NCBI GenBank assembly: GCA_964596915.1
Contig: CAZQWN010000002.1
Span: 1,507 to 65,506, forward strand
Direction of reading: 5' to 3'
Origin: an uncultured Methanobrevibacter sp.
GTDB lineage: Archaea; Methanobacteriota; Methanobacteria; Methanobacteriales; Methanobacteriaceae
DNA length: 64,000 bases
Below the pieces are notes generated by a model that ran no database searches, was not told the origin of the DNA, and saw only the letters and a list, made by a program, of their open reading frames with translations. The position numbers and the translations under genes were made by a program. Positions 26,978-37,114 of the stretch are shown in pieces. Within the stretch, counting starts at the first letter, position 1, and the number at the start of each line of letters is the position of its first letter.

Positions 26978-27520
26978 ATGAGTTTTACTGATAATTTAAA
27001 AAGAAGTTTGGGTTTTGAGGAAACTGAAATTAACAATAACAATAACAATAATAACGAAAACGCTTTAGAAAATTTATCTCAAATGATTAATAATCTCACT
27101 AAATCCGAAGGTAGAAGTAATTCAACACAACAACATCCTAGTAATAATCAGCAAAGGCCCGGACAACCGGTAAATCCTAATCCTAACCCTAGTCCTCGTC
27201 CAAGTCCAATGGATGATTATGTTGATGATGATTATGTTATTATTCCCGAACAGTCATTTTATGAGATTGTTTTAATCAGGCCAAAAACTATTGATGATAT
27301 TAACTATATGGTTGACCAGGTTTTGGAAGAAAACAATCCTGTAATCCTTGATTTATCATTTTTGGAAAGGGAAAGTGCTGCTAATTTTAAATTGGCGGGC
27401 GATAAAATCAATCAGATGAGGTCAAGATATGGTGTTCAGGCATTATTGCTTGCCAAAACTGATGATAAGGAGTTAATCATTGTTTCTCCTAAAAAAGTGA
27501 AAGTGATTAACAAAGGATAA
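26978..27520 (+). CDS. sepF: Cell-division protein SepF (FtsZ anchor)
   Basis: The C-terminal domain FYEIVLIRPKTIDDINYMVDQVLEENNPVILDLSFL...ANFKLAGDKI is the SepF/DUF552 fold pattern. A long Asn/Gln/Pro-rich linker is present. Confidence 0.8.
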   Translation: MSFTDNLKRSLGFEETEINNNNNNNNENALENLSQMINNLTKSEGRSNSTQQHPSNNQQRPGQPVNPNPNPSPRPSPMDDYVDDDYVIIPEQSFYEIVLIRPKTIDDINYMVDQVLEENNPVILDLSFLERESAANFKLAGDKINQMRSRYGVQALLLAKTDDKELIIVSPKKVKVINKG

Positions 27521-27525
27521 GTAGA

Positions 27526-28440
27526 TTAATTTCTACTTTCATAACTATTTTTTAAAAATTTAATATATCTGATTAGAATATAACATACAATTACAATAGC
27601 TATTGCCGTTTCTATTTTTAAAATCCCATATATTGCATTTGAGGTCATTTTTGATAGGATTCCTTTTGTTGCCAGTGCACTGATTACAAATGGAAATGTG
27701 AATGCCGAAAAGCTGGGATAAAAATCCAAATTCCTATATTCAATGAATTTCAAAAGTGCAAAGATATAGAATATGCATGCGAATAGGTAAAGCACTGAAA
27801 TGAATTCAATGGATATTGCAGATGCAGTATTTAGATAACCGACAATCAGTATGCTTAAAACTGCTGTAAAAATACATATTAATGGCTTGTTTGCATCAGG
27901 GACATTGGGATATCGGATGTATCTGTAAATCACTAATGGTAAAGTTATTATCATTGCTGCAAATCCGATTATGAAAAATATGTATCCGATTGAGGTTATT
28001 CCATGAACACCTGATGTGATTGCTCCCATTGTTATTCCAATAAACACTATCCAGTATGTGGGATAAACATTCAAAATATTAAAATCATGCACGATAAAAT
28101 GATAGGTAAAGTAAATCATTAGTAAAATATGCAAAGCTATTCCAATAATCCACACTCCATATGCAATAGTGGAGTTAAATGTTATGATGTATGTAGATAG
28201 AATCATCAAACTCATGGAAAAAGTACCGGAACTGCTGGCAATAACCGGATTTTTAAAGTCTTTCTTAATTAGATTTGTGTGAAAAATTAGTTTAAGCAGT
28301 ATTAAAATTAAAAATATTATTCCAATACTACCAAAGAGGATTCTTAGATATGGATGAATCTCCTGGGTGAGATTTCCCAGTGATAACAATGCAAGAATCA
28401 ATCCGCAAATTGGTATTGGAACATTTTTAATGAGATTCAT
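27526..28440 (-). CDS. TDT (TehA/Mae1-like) family transporter
   Basis: About 10 TM helices in 304 aa. The N-terminus PIPICGLILALLSLGNL is typical of TehA-like proteins. Confidence 0.55.
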   Translation of the reverse strand: MNLIKNVPIPICGLILALLSLGNLTQEIHPYLRILFGSIGIIFLILILLKLIFHTNLIKKDFKNPVIASSSGTFSMSLMILSTYIITFNSTIAYGVWIIGIALHILLMIYFTYHFIVHDFNILNVYPTYWIVFIGITMGAITSGVHGITSIGYIFFIIGFAAMIITLPLVIYRYIRYPNVPDANKPLICIFTAVLSILIVGYLNTASAISIEFISVLYLFACIFYIFALLKFIEYRNLDFYPSFSAFTFPFVISALATKGILSKMTSNAIYGILKIETAIAIVIVCYILIRYIKFLKNSYESRN

Positions 28441-28483
28441 AAAAATAATTCATCCTCCCTTCCATAAGTTATCCCATTTTTTG

Positions 28484-29242
28484 TTAGATTTCAAAAAATT
28501 CCTGTGCGTTTTTATGAGAAATTTTTTCAATATCTCCGGAATTGTAGTTCAATCTCTCTAATTCACGGATAGTTTTAGGAACAGAAAGGGGATCTGATGC
28601 TTTGTTGCTAATGTCACTGTTTAACAAGAAATTGTCAAAACCGTATTCATCTAAAATGGATATTGCTTCATGTTTGTCCATTTTTTGGGGCTGTACTGTT
28701 AAACCAAGCATGCAATCCGTATCAATTGCATCATGCACGACCTCAGGATTAATGTGGTCTATTACTGCCTGTTTTTCATCGAGATGTTGAGGCAGTATTT
28801 CCAATATTTTTTTCAACACGTCCTTTTTATTTTTTCTGGGAGTATGAATTATGACTTTGGAGGATGTATCATCGGCTATGTCCAATTGTTTTTTAAATGT
28901 AGCAATTTCTTCATCTGTTAAATCTTCAAGACCGATTTCACCAATGGCAACTATCTGTTTGTTTTCAATCCATTTATACAAACTTTCATAGATTGGTTCG
29001 GGATTTTTTATTGTGTTTGTAGGATGAATCCCCAAGGCTACTTTTAAATCAAGCCCATATTCTCCAGCTCGTTTTGTATCATATTCCAAAATTCTATTTA
29101 AGTGGTTTAAAAGGATTATTTCATGTTCGATTTTGTACGGGTAATAACTGCAGGTTATGGCGGTTTTAATTCCGGCCAAATACATTTTTTCAAAATCTTC
29201 ACTGCTTCTTGAGTCTGCATGCATATGGGTGTCAATCATCAT
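28484..29242 (-). CDS. TatD-related metal-dependent hydrolase
   Basis: The likely start is MMIDTHMHAD, preceded by GAGGAAAT. Later motifs are GIHP, AIGEIGL and IIHTPR. Confidence 0.7.
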   Translation of the reverse strand: MMIDTHMHADSRSSEDFEKMYLAGIKTAITCSYYPYKIEHEIILLNHLNRILEYDTKRAGEYGLDLKVALGIHPTNTIKNPEPIYESLYKWIENKQIVAIGEIGLEDLTDEEIATFKKQLDIADDTSSKVIIHTPRKNKKDVLKKILEILPQHLDEKQAVIDHINPEVVHDAIDTDCMLGLTVQPQKMDKHEAISILDEYGFDNFLLNSDISNKASDPLSVPKTIRELERLNYNSGDIEKISHKNAQEFFEI

Positions 29243-29426
29243 ATTTCCTCTATAATATTTATTTAAGTTCATTTTTCTTTGTCATGTCTTAAAAAATTAT
29301 CTGATTGTTGTCTTTATTTTTAAATCTTTTGGAAGTGTTGTCATGTGATTCGGTTCACTTTGAGAGGGTTTATATTTTTCAGTAATAAAAATAACTTCAT
29401 AAGTAATACTACATAGGTGGTAACAC

Positions 29427-30203
29427 ATGTTTAAAAATGAAGAATATATAAAAGATTTGGACACAATTTTTGAGGATGTCAAATTCTCAACAAACTCCTT
29501 TATAAGATTAAAGATATTGGCAACACTATTTGAAAAGCCACAGAATATGAAAGAAATGACAGACAACACTGGTTTAAGTTACAGTTCCGTTTCAAGCAAT
29601 ATCCATGATTTGGAGCTAAAAAATTTGCTTTATAGGGAGCACAACAAATATTTCCTTACTGCATCAGCAAAGGTTAAAATCCAAAATATTTTAGAATTGC
29701 ATGAATTAATTAATTTATTAAATGAATTCTTTAATATTTTGGATGGCCATATTGTAGATGTTATTCCAAATGAATCTGTTGTCGAGTTATACTTACTTGG
29801 CAAAGCAAGATTGATGGAATCAAGTGGTGTGGATGCATATAGGACTTATAATTTCATTGAAAACTCATTGTCAAAAGCCCAATTCGTCAAATGCATATTG
29901 CCATTTTATTATGAGCCATTTTTTGCCGCCTTAAATGAATTAATTTCTCAAAACAAAGATGTTGAGATTTTGGTTCCAAAAAAAGCTTTGGATGTTTTTA
30001 AAAAGAAATCTAACATCAATAAATTAATTCCATTTGATGAATCTGATTCCTTTTTATTAATAGTCACTGATGAAGTGATGATTTTAGGATTTTTTATGGA
30101 AAATGGTTATTTTGATCAAAACCGGTTATTGATTTCAAAAAATGAGGAGTCTATTGATTGGGCCAATAGGCTTTTTAAAAATTTTAAAAAGAAAAATAAA
30201 TGA
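29427..30203 (+). CDS. Winged-helix transcriptional regulator, DUF1724 (FilR1-like) family
   Basis: N-terminal wHTH (RLKILATLFEKPQNMKEMTDNTGLSYSSVSSNIHDLELKNLL) plus a C-terminal domain of about 170 aa. Confidence 0.65.
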   Translation: MFKNEEYIKDLDTIFEDVKFSTNSFIRLKILATLFEKPQNMKEMTDNTGLSYSSVSSNIHDLELKNLLYREHNKYFLTASAKVKIQNILELHELINLLNEFFNILDGHIVDVIPNESVVELYLLGKARLMESSGVDAYRTYNFIENSLSKAQFVKCILPFYYEPFFAALNELISQNKDVEILVPKKALDVFKKKSNINKLIPFDESDSFLLIVTDEVMILGFFMENGYFDQNRLLISKNEESIDWANRLFKNFKKKNK

Positions 30204-30212
30204 GTTCGATAC

Positions 30213-31907
30213 TCATTTATAATATTTTTCTAAATAGTCCGGCAATTCTGAAATTGCAATTCTATCTTGCTTTTCGGTGTCTCTGTTCCTTACGGTCACC
30301 TGATTATCTTCGATGGTGTCAAAGTCCACTGTTATTGCAAGTGGAATACCAATTTCATCAGCTCTGGCATATCTTTTGCCGATAGTGCCTGTGGCATCGT
30401 ATTCTACTGTAAAACCAGCCATTCTTAACTGTTCAGTTAAATCTTGAGCTATTTCACGAGGACCTTCCTTGTTTACTAGTGGGAAAATTCCAAGTTGCAC
30501 TGGAGCAACAGACTTGTCAAATTTGAAATAATCTTTTCCGTCAGTTTCGGTAAATGAATGCAATAATACGGAGTATGTGATGCGGTCAATACCGAATGAA
30601 GGTTCAATTACGTGGGGAACGATTTTTTCACCGGTAATTTCCTCTTCAACGTCTTCAAATAGGAGTAAATCTTCACTTACTTCATAGGTTTTATCCAGCT
30701 CCACAACAAATTTTCCTTCTTTTTCGATAGCTGCCTTGATTTCAGAAACGTCAGCTTCCTCAATCGCTTGTTTTACTTTAGGTGAGTCTCCTTTAAATAT
30801 TGGTCCGAATTTGGATAGATTTGGTTTAACGATTGTTTTTTGGACTTTTTTAGGTTCGTCATATTCAACGAATACGTTCAGTTCATCGTTACTGTATTTG
30901 GAATGTGATGTTAGGTCGTAATCTCCTCTGTCTGCAATTCCGATAATTTCAACCCAACCGTATTTGTCGGTTAAAACTTCAACGTCCCAGCAGTCAAGTG
31001 CATAGTGAGCCATTTCCCCTGCCAAGTGTTGTCTGAATCTCAAGACATCTTCAGGAATACCAATTTCGGTTAAAAATTTGCGGGCTAAGTATAATTGGTA
31101 AATTAACATTTCATTTGCGACAATGCCTTTGTCAAGAGCTTCACGTGCAGTTATTTCTATTGGTTCTAAATTGTTTTCCTGAACTTCCTGTGAGTTTAGG
31201 CGCAATATCACATCTTCAATTTGGGAGAATTTAGGATGTGTTTTGTCTTTAGGGTTTAAAAAGATTTCTGCTTCCGCCTGTGTGAATTCCCTAAGTCTGA
31301 TAACTCCCTGTCTTGGTGAAATTTCATTTCTGTATGCTTTACCAAGCTGCACAGCACCGAATGGAAGTTTTCCTCTGAAGAATCTTTCCAATCTTTTGAA
31401 CAAAATGAATATTCCCTGTGCGGTTTCAGGTCTCATGTACCCTACTTTATCTCCTTTAGCACCGATTTCTGTTTTAAACATCAGGTTGTAGTTCCAGATG
31501 TTTGACAGTTTTCCGCCACATTCGGGACAGGTGATGTTGTTGTCAATGACAATTTGGTCAAGCTCTTCGTTTTCAAGGCTTTCCACATCTTCACCGATTA
31601 CTTCCTCGATAATGTGGTCTGCTCTGAACACTTCTCCGCACTCTTCACATTTACACATGGGATCTGTAAAGTTGTCAACGTGACCTGATGCCTTTAAAAC
31701 TTCTTTAGGCATTACGGTAGGGCCTTCAATTTCATAAAATCCTTCCCCTGAAACGTACTGTTTTCTCCATTTCTGCATAATATTATTTTTCAGGCTTGCT
31801 CCGAGAGGTCCGTAGTCGGTAAAACCTGATACTCCTGAGTAAATCTCAAAGGACGGCCATAAAAATCCTCTTTTTGCACTGATATTTGACATTTTATCAT
31901 GATTCAT
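30213..31907 (-). CDS. glyS: Glycine--tRNA ligase (archaeal/eukaryotic class II type)
   Basis: KRGFLWPSFEIYSGVSGFTDYGPLG, the Zn-ribbon insert CKCEECG..CPECGG and the class II motifs are present. The ATG at 31907 is preceded by GGAGAT; the track start at 31922 is a TTG. Confidence 0.9.
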   Translation of the reverse strand: MNHDKMSNISAKRGFLWPSFEIYSGVSGFTDYGPLGASLKNNIMQKWRKQYVSGEGFYEIEGPTVMPKEVLKASGHVDNFTDPMCKCEECGEVFRADHIIEEVIGEDVESLENEELDQIVIDNNITCPECGGKLSNIWNYNLMFKTEIGAKGDKVGYMRPETAQGIFILFKRLERFFRGKLPFGAVQLGKAYRNEISPRQGVIRLREFTQAEAEIFLNPKDKTHPKFSQIEDVILRLNSQEVQENNLEPIEITAREALDKGIVANEMLIYQLYLARKFLTEIGIPEDVLRFRQHLAGEMAHYALDCWDVEVLTDKYGWVEIIGIADRGDYDLTSHSKYSNDELNVFVEYDEPKKVQKTIVKPNLSKFGPIFKGDSPKVKQAIEEADVSEIKAAIEKEGKFVVELDKTYEVSEDLLLFEDVEEEITGEKIVPHVIEPSFGIDRITYSVLLHSFTETDGKDYFKFDKSVAPVQLGIFPLVNKEGPREIAQDLTEQLRMAGFTVEYDATGTIGKRYARADEIGIPLAITVDFDTIEDNQVTVRNRDTEKQDRIAISELPDYLEKYYK

Positions 31908-31922
31908 AAATATTATCTCCAA

Positions 31923-32507
31923 TTATTTTTTTAGTTCGTAATCTTGTTTGACTCTACTGCTTTCCGGGCGAGTTTGGCCCATATATTTACTATTTCTGCT
32001 TGGGTGTCCATATGGTATTTCTGAAGGACTTGTCATTGTTTCAAAAACAATTTGACATACTCTTTGCCCCGGATATAACGCTACAGGCATTGCACCGATG
32101 TTTGATATTTCCAATGTGATTTTGCCTTCAAAACCCGGATCGATAAATCCTGCGGTAACGTGCATGGTAACGCCTAACCTTCCCATGCTGGAACGGCCTT
32201 CCACTCTTGCAACCAAATCATCAGGTATCTTAACGTATTCTAGAGTTGTGGCAAGGGCGAATTCATTAGGATGAATTATAAATGCTTCACCTTCAGCTAC
32301 GGTAGTCGATTCCATGTAAGATGAGACGTCCTCTTCATCTTTAGGATCAATATAAGGTTTTCTAATAACTTTAAATACTTTAAACTCATCCCCCAATCTC
32401 ATATCAATGGAAGATGGCTGGATTTGTTTTTCATCTAAAATGGGGTCAATGGTTATTTTTCCCTCATTCAAATATTCTATTATGTCTCTATCACTTAAAA
32501 TTGCCAT
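31923..32507 (-). CDS. dcd: dCTP deaminase (possibly the bifunctional dUMP-forming type)
   Basis: MAILSDRDI..., VEGRSSMGRLG and PGF.G.ITLEI are canonical Dcd motifs. Confidence 0.85.
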   Translation of the reverse strand: MAILSDRDIIEYLNEGKITIDPILDEKQIQPSSIDMRLGDEFKVFKVIRKPYIDPKDEEDVSSYMESTTVAEGEAFIIHPNEFALATTLEYVKIPDDLVARVEGRSSMGRLGVTMHVTAGFIDPGFEGKITLEISNIGAMPVALYPGQRVCQIVFETMTSPSEIPYGHPSRNSKYMGQTRPESSRVKQDYELKK

Positions 32508-32525
32508 TTTTTCACACAAGTAAAT

Positions 32526-33350
32526 TTATTCTTCAATTAAATTATACATTCTATTAACTACACTGTTAATAGTTTCATCATCATATTCAATAGTCATTGC
32601 ATTGAATTTGCATACATTAACGCAAAGGCCACAACCTCTGCAGGTGTCATGATCAATTGTAACTTTACCGTTTTGCACTGAAAGCGCCTCAAACATGCAA
32701 ACATTTTCTTTTGTACATTTCATACATTTTTTACAATTTTCTTCGTTTAACTTTACTGTAACTCCTTCCAGCCGGTAAATCTTATTTGCAATTTCATCTT
32801 CCAGCCTTGGCACGACTTTCCACAAGCAGCAGCATGGGCAGCAATGGCATACGGTCAGTAAACCTTCTCCGGGTCTTACATTCATCCATACTGTGTCGAT
32901 TTTATTTCTGCCGATGATGTGACTTAATCCTGCAGCATCAGCTTTATCAACATGTTCTAGGGCTTCCTGTTTAGTAGCAGTTTTTCCTATGGTTCTTGGA
33001 ATTTTCCGGCTTGTAGGTCCTAGGAAAATACATCCTATGTCCTGAGGATAATCTTTACAATCATTTGAAGTTCTGCAAAGACAAGTGTTCATTATAACAA
33101 TGTCATCAGTTTTTTTGATAACTTCTTTGATAATTTCTGTAGGTAAAAATTCTGACGCTTCACTTTCAATTGTCTGATTAACGGGAATCGTATTTGGGAT
33201 AACAACGACTTCGTCCTTTTCAAAAAGCATTTTATTAATTACTTTTTTCGCCACTTTAGATTTTTTTGTAAGTCCCGCTATCCAGAATCTCCAATGAAAA
33301 ATTCTGTTAACGACAAATATACTTATTTCTGCAAAGCTAGGTAGTTTCAT
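32526..33350 (-). CDS. 4Fe-4S dicluster domain-containing protein
   Basis: CKKCMKCTKENVC and CRGCGLCVNVC ferredoxin motifs, plus an upstream Cys-rich region CHCCPCCC. Confidence 0.6.
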   Translation of the reverse strand: MKLPSFAEISIFVVNRIFHWRFWIAGLTKKSKVAKKVINKMLFEKDEVVVIPNTIPVNQTIESEASEFLPTEIIKEVIKKTDDIVIMNTCLCRTSNDCKDYPQDIGCIFLGPTSRKIPRTIGKTATKQEALEHVDKADAAGLSHIIGRNKIDTVWMNVRPGEGLLTVCHCCPCCCLWKVVPRLEDEIANKIYRLEGVTVKLNEENCKKCMKCTKENVCMFEALSVQNGKVTIDHDTCRGCGLCVNVCKFNAMTIEYDDETINSVVNRMYNLIEE

Positions 33351-34255
33351 TGTTCATCAACTTTATTTTTCAATCTTCTTAATATTCCTTTGAAGGTATG
33401 TGCTTCCCGCCCGGTTATGAACGCTCTTGAAATTATGTTATTGAACGTTTTAAGACCATTTCTTTTTTTATGGTCTGGAATATCTAATCTGTCGATTAAT
33501 TCTTTCATGTCTTTGACTAAATACTCCTTTTCAAGAGGAATGCTTTCAGACAATCCTTCAACTCCATATTCATGTCGGTTTTTAAACAGCTCATAGAATA
33601 TTATTGCAGCTGCATGTGAAATATTCATTATTGGGTAAGTTGGATCTGTTGGAATTGACACACAAATATCGCAATCATCAATTTCTGCATTTGTAAGTCC
33701 ATTTCCTTCTCTTCCAAACAATATTGCAATTTTGTTTGAAACGTTAATTGATTTACCAAGCTCCTCCGGTCTTAAAGGAATTCTTGATAAGTTGTAGCTC
33801 CCCCCAGCCATTCCAGTTGATGCCACCTTAAAATCAATTCTCTGTGATTGATAAAATTCATCGAGAGTCTTGTAGATTTTTGCATTTTCTACAAGGTATT
33901 TTCCATGAGTGGCCTGATAATATGCATCATTGGTCAATGTCGGAGGGTTTATCAACACCAAATTTTTTAATCCGAAGTTTGCCATTGTTCTTGCAAGAAA
34001 ACCTATATTTCCAGGGGTTTCACATTCCACAAAAACTATGTAAATGTTATCTTTAAACAGGGTGGTTTCCTTTTCTTCCTGTACTTTTGTAAGCTGAGCT
34101 CTGCTGGTTCCTCTGGACTGTGCTTTTGGTTTTGATTTTTTTGTAGAGGTTGACTTTTTTTCGGTAGTGCTTTCTTCTTTTTTATCATCAGAACTTATCG
34201 GTTGTGTTTCAACAACTTTCTGTTCATCTACAGCAGTGTCTCCTATTTTAATCAA
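33347..34255 (-). CDS. SpoU/TrmH-family RNA 2'-O-methyltransferase with a Lys/Glu/Ser-rich N-terminal extension
   Basis: ETPGNIGFLARTMANFG, LFGREGNGL and NISHAAAIIFYE are SPOUT motifs. The start is non-ATG (TTG in the track), and there is a 4-nt overlap with the downstream gene. Confidence 0.7.
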   Translation of the reverse strand: MIKIGDTAVDEQKVVETQPISSDDKKEESTTEKKSTSTKKSKPKAQSRGTSRAQLTKVQEEKETTLFKDNIYIVFVECETPGNIGFLARTMANFGLKNLVLINPPTLTNDAYYQATHGKYLVENAKIYKTLDEFYQSQRIDFKVASTGMAGGSYNLSRIPLRPEELGKSINVSNKIAILFGREGNGLTNAEIDDCDICVSIPTDPTYPIMNISHAAAIIFYELFKNRHEYGVEGLSESIPLEKEYLVKDMKELIDRLDIPDHKKRNGLKTFNNIISRAFITGREAHTFKGILRRLKNKVDEQ

Positions 34256-34269
34256 CTCTCAATATTTTT

Positions 34270-35751
34270 TCATTCATAAGCTTTATCTAACAATTCTAAC
34301 AGGTGCATACACTTGATGTCTTCACATCCGATCGAATCCAATCCGTCCTGTAGGTTCAGCTGACAAAATGGACAGATTGTAATCACTGCATTGGATTCTG
34401 TATCCTTAATCATTTCTGCTTTTGACTGTGACAGCTCAAGTGCGATTTCAGGCTTTCCGGATTTTACACCTCCGCCTGCACCGCAGCATTGGCAGGGGTA
34501 TAACATTTCATTAAATTCAACGCCGGGTATTTTTTCAATAATGTCACGTGGGGCATCCTTGATGCCCTGTCCTCTGCCGAGGTGGCATGGATCGTGATAT
34601 GTGACCTTGATGTCCACTTCTTTTAACTTGTCAGCGTCTAGTTTATCCACTAAAAATTCACTGATGTCCATTACAGGTAATTTTGAACCGTATTCAGGGT
34701 GGTTGTTTTTGAGTGTAGCTCCACAGCCTGAACAGATTGTAATTACAGTATCATAATCCTTAAAGACTTCCTTGTTTTTATCCACCAAATCCTGGACAAT
34801 ATCGGTTTGTCCGGTTCTTAACAGCGGGGAACCGCAGCATACCTGTCCTTCAGGAACATCAACGTCAATTCCGTTTTCTTTCAGTATTTTAACAAGTTTA
34901 TGTCCAAGTTCAGGGAACTTGTAGTCAACCATGCATCCTGTAAAGAAAGCTATTTTTGAACCTGTTTTGTTTTCAGCTTCCTCAACAAATGAGGGAGCAT
35001 CTGTTTTAACAGACCTGCCGGTTTGTAAAATATTTTCCTTGAATGCAACATGCTCCGGAAGGGGTCCTGAACCGTTGGCAACTGCAATGGCTCTCATTTT
35101 TTCTATTGCATCTCCAAACATGTTGATGTTTTTAGGACATACTGAAAGGCATTTGCCGCAGCTGGTACATTTGTAAAGTCCTTCATCAAGTGCCTCTTTA
35201 AGCCTGTCATAGTTGTCTCTAGGGTCGGTTTCAAATTTGCGCATGTATCTCATCAGGTATGGTCCGCCATACTCTTCGGTTGCAATATTTACAACAGGAC
35301 ATGTTGAATAACATGAATAACATTCAATACAGCTTCTGACCTTCTTGGTGTCTTTCGTATCATCTTTTGTGATGCTTGTGTCAAGCTCATCACGGCAGGC
35401 GTGGTTACATTGAAGGGATAATTCCAAATCTTTAACTTTAGCTTCAATACTTGATTTATCAACAATCAAATCTTTAATAACTGGGAATCTGAGAGGTTCA
35501 ATAATTGCTCCATTTTTTATCTCTTTTTGGCAAGCTAGAGCCCCATTTCCTTTAAATAAGATTCCACAAGACCCGCATTGTCCTGCCCTACAAGAACTTC
35601 TGAAACTGATGTCCGCATCATATTTCTCATTTATGGCTTGCAGTGCATCAAGAACCTTCATGTGAGGAGTTTTTTCTATTTCATAACACTCCATATGTGG
35701 TTCGCTGTCAGTTTCAGGGTTAAATCTTGAAACATATACATTAATCATCAT
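34270..35751 (-). CDS. tfrB: Thiol:fumarate reductase subunit B-like protein (SdhB-type Fe-S N-half fused to an HdrD-like CCG-domain C-half)
   Basis: A 2Fe-2S motif (CRAGQCGSCG), 4Fe-4S motifs (CIECYSCYSTCP and CTSCGKCLSVCP) and two CCG-type motifs (VCCGSP and CQCCGAGGG). At 493 aa the size matches TfrB of Methanobacteriales. Confidence 0.7.
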   Translation of the reverse strand: MMINVYVSRFNPETDSEPHMECYEIEKTPHMKVLDALQAINEKYDADISFRSSCRAGQCGSCGILFKGNGALACQKEIKNGAIIEPLRFPVIKDLIVDKSSIEAKVKDLELSLQCNHACRDELDTSITKDDTKDTKKVRSCIECYSCYSTCPVVNIATEEYGGPYLMRYMRKFETDPRDNYDRLKEALDEGLYKCTSCGKCLSVCPKNINMFGDAIEKMRAIAVANGSGPLPEHVAFKENILQTGRSVKTDAPSFVEEAENKTGSKIAFFTGCMVDYKFPELGHKLVKILKENGIDVDVPEGQVCCGSPLLRTGQTDIVQDLVDKNKEVFKDYDTVITICSGCGATLKNNHPEYGSKLPVMDISEFLVDKLDADKLKEVDIKVTYHDPCHLGRGQGIKDAPRDIIEKIPGVEFNEMLYPCQCCGAGGGVKSGKPEIALELSQSKAEMIKDTESNAVITICPFCQLNLQDGLDSIGCEDIKCMHLLELLDKAYE

Positions 35752-35948
35752 TTCCCTCCAAAATTATCAAAAGCTTATAAAACATTATAATATAATATTT
35801 GTGTTTTAACAAATATATTATATTTACTATTAAAGTTGAAAAAATATTACTTTTAAAGATTTTTAAAAAAACACGGCAAGATACGATGTTAGAAAAGTAG
35901 TGATGGTTGGTGTAGTGTTAACATTAATAAATGGTTTTTATGGTATTC

Positions 35949-36338
35949 TTAATTCACCATCCAATATAGTGCTAAAATACTTGGCAGGGCAATTAGGATG
36001 GTATTACGGGCCATTTTGAAGCGATGTACTTTCCATTCTTTTTCACTTAATTCCTTGGTTTTTGGGATTTTCAAAACAGTCAAGATAATGCTTGCAGCGA
36101 GGAATATGAAATAAGCATTGATTATAAATAGATATCCTGCTCCAAGTAGCATATTCCATTGCCCGTTAGCAATTGAATATCCGCAGGTGCATAATGGTGG
36201 CATCAAAGCGGTTGCGATTGCAACACCAGGAATTACGGTATTTGTTTTATCAAATCTTGTTTGTCCGATGATTCCGGCAATTCCACCAAAGAATGCAATT
36301 AAAAGGAAAAACATGATACAATGATGTTGATCAATCAA
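35949..36338 (-). pseudogene. C-terminal fragment of a DUF389 family membrane protein, 5'-truncated next to an IS remnant
   Basis: GVAIATALMPPLCTCGYSIANG is the conserved DUF389 motif. Only about 129 aa remain, with a TTG pseudo-start. The TnpB remnant begins a few nt beyond. Confidence 0.55.
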
Positions 36339-36389
36339 ATTTAATCAGCAGAATAAAAGAAGATTTATTTGAGATAATGCTCAACCTCA

Positions 36390-36550
36390 CAAAGAATGCG
36401 GTGCACATCATGACCGTGATGTTAATGCCGCAATTAATATCCTTAATAAAGGATTACAAATCGTAGGGACTACTGTGCAGTAAAAAAATCCAAAATTTTT
36501 TTTTTTGGTTTGCGAATCCCCGACCTCATAGGTTGGGGAAGTTCAACAAA
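36390..36550 (+). mobile_element. tnpB: IS200/IS605-family TnpB C-terminal remnant with a terminal hairpin
   Basis: The region translates to ..ECGAHHDRDVNAAINILNKGLQIVGTTVQ*. This is followed by the perfect hairpin TCCCCGACC-tcata-GGTTGGGGA (with one internal wobble), typical of element 3' ends. Confidence 0.65.
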
Positions 36551-36831
36551 AAATGTATCTACTTTCCCAACAAAGTAAAAGAACCCAAAAAATACAAAAG
36601 AAAGAAAAAATTATTCAAACCTAAATTCACGGCAAAATACAAACCAAATTTCTAAAAAACAAAGAACCACATAAAAAATATTTAAAAACAGGAGAAAAAA
36701 TCATGAAAAAATCTTAACCTGATGGCATTGGTTTAAAAATGTAATTATGGGGGATTAATTCCATTTATAGTTTATTTATCAATGAAAATGATGATGAATA
36801 AAGTATATTATTAAGAGGTAAAAAAGAAAAA

Positions 36832-37113
36832 TTATGGGAAAAGAGTTATTCCCATAGCTTCAACCATAGATTGTATACCTAAAATAATAATGGCCACTCC
36901 ACCGAATATTTCAATGTAATCGGCATATTTGATAGCCACTTTTGTTCCGTATGTTCCAATCAATAGCCATATGATTACTGCTATTAAACTCAGAGCTCCT
37001 AAAATAATTGGATCCACATGTGCAACTGCACCCTGTGAAGCTAATACTAGGTTTTCTATGTTTCCGAAGATAAGCAAACCAGTGAATGGAGCATAATCTT
37101 TTAAATTAACCAT
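36832..37113 (-). CDS. Small 3-TM membrane protein, tandem paralogue 2 (possibly a half-size MntP/DUF204-like unit)
   Basis: The start MVNLKDY is preceded by GGAGGTG and overlaps the stop of the upstream paralogue. The sequence FGNIENLVLASQGAV..IIWLLIGTY..GGVAIIILGIQ parallels the upstream paralogue. Confidence 0.55.
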   Translation of the reverse strand: MVNLKDYAPFTGLLIFGNIENLVLASQGAVAHVDPIILGALSLIAVIIWLLIGTYGTKVAIKYADYIEIFGGVAIIILGIQSMVEAMGITLFP

Positions 37114-37114
37114 A

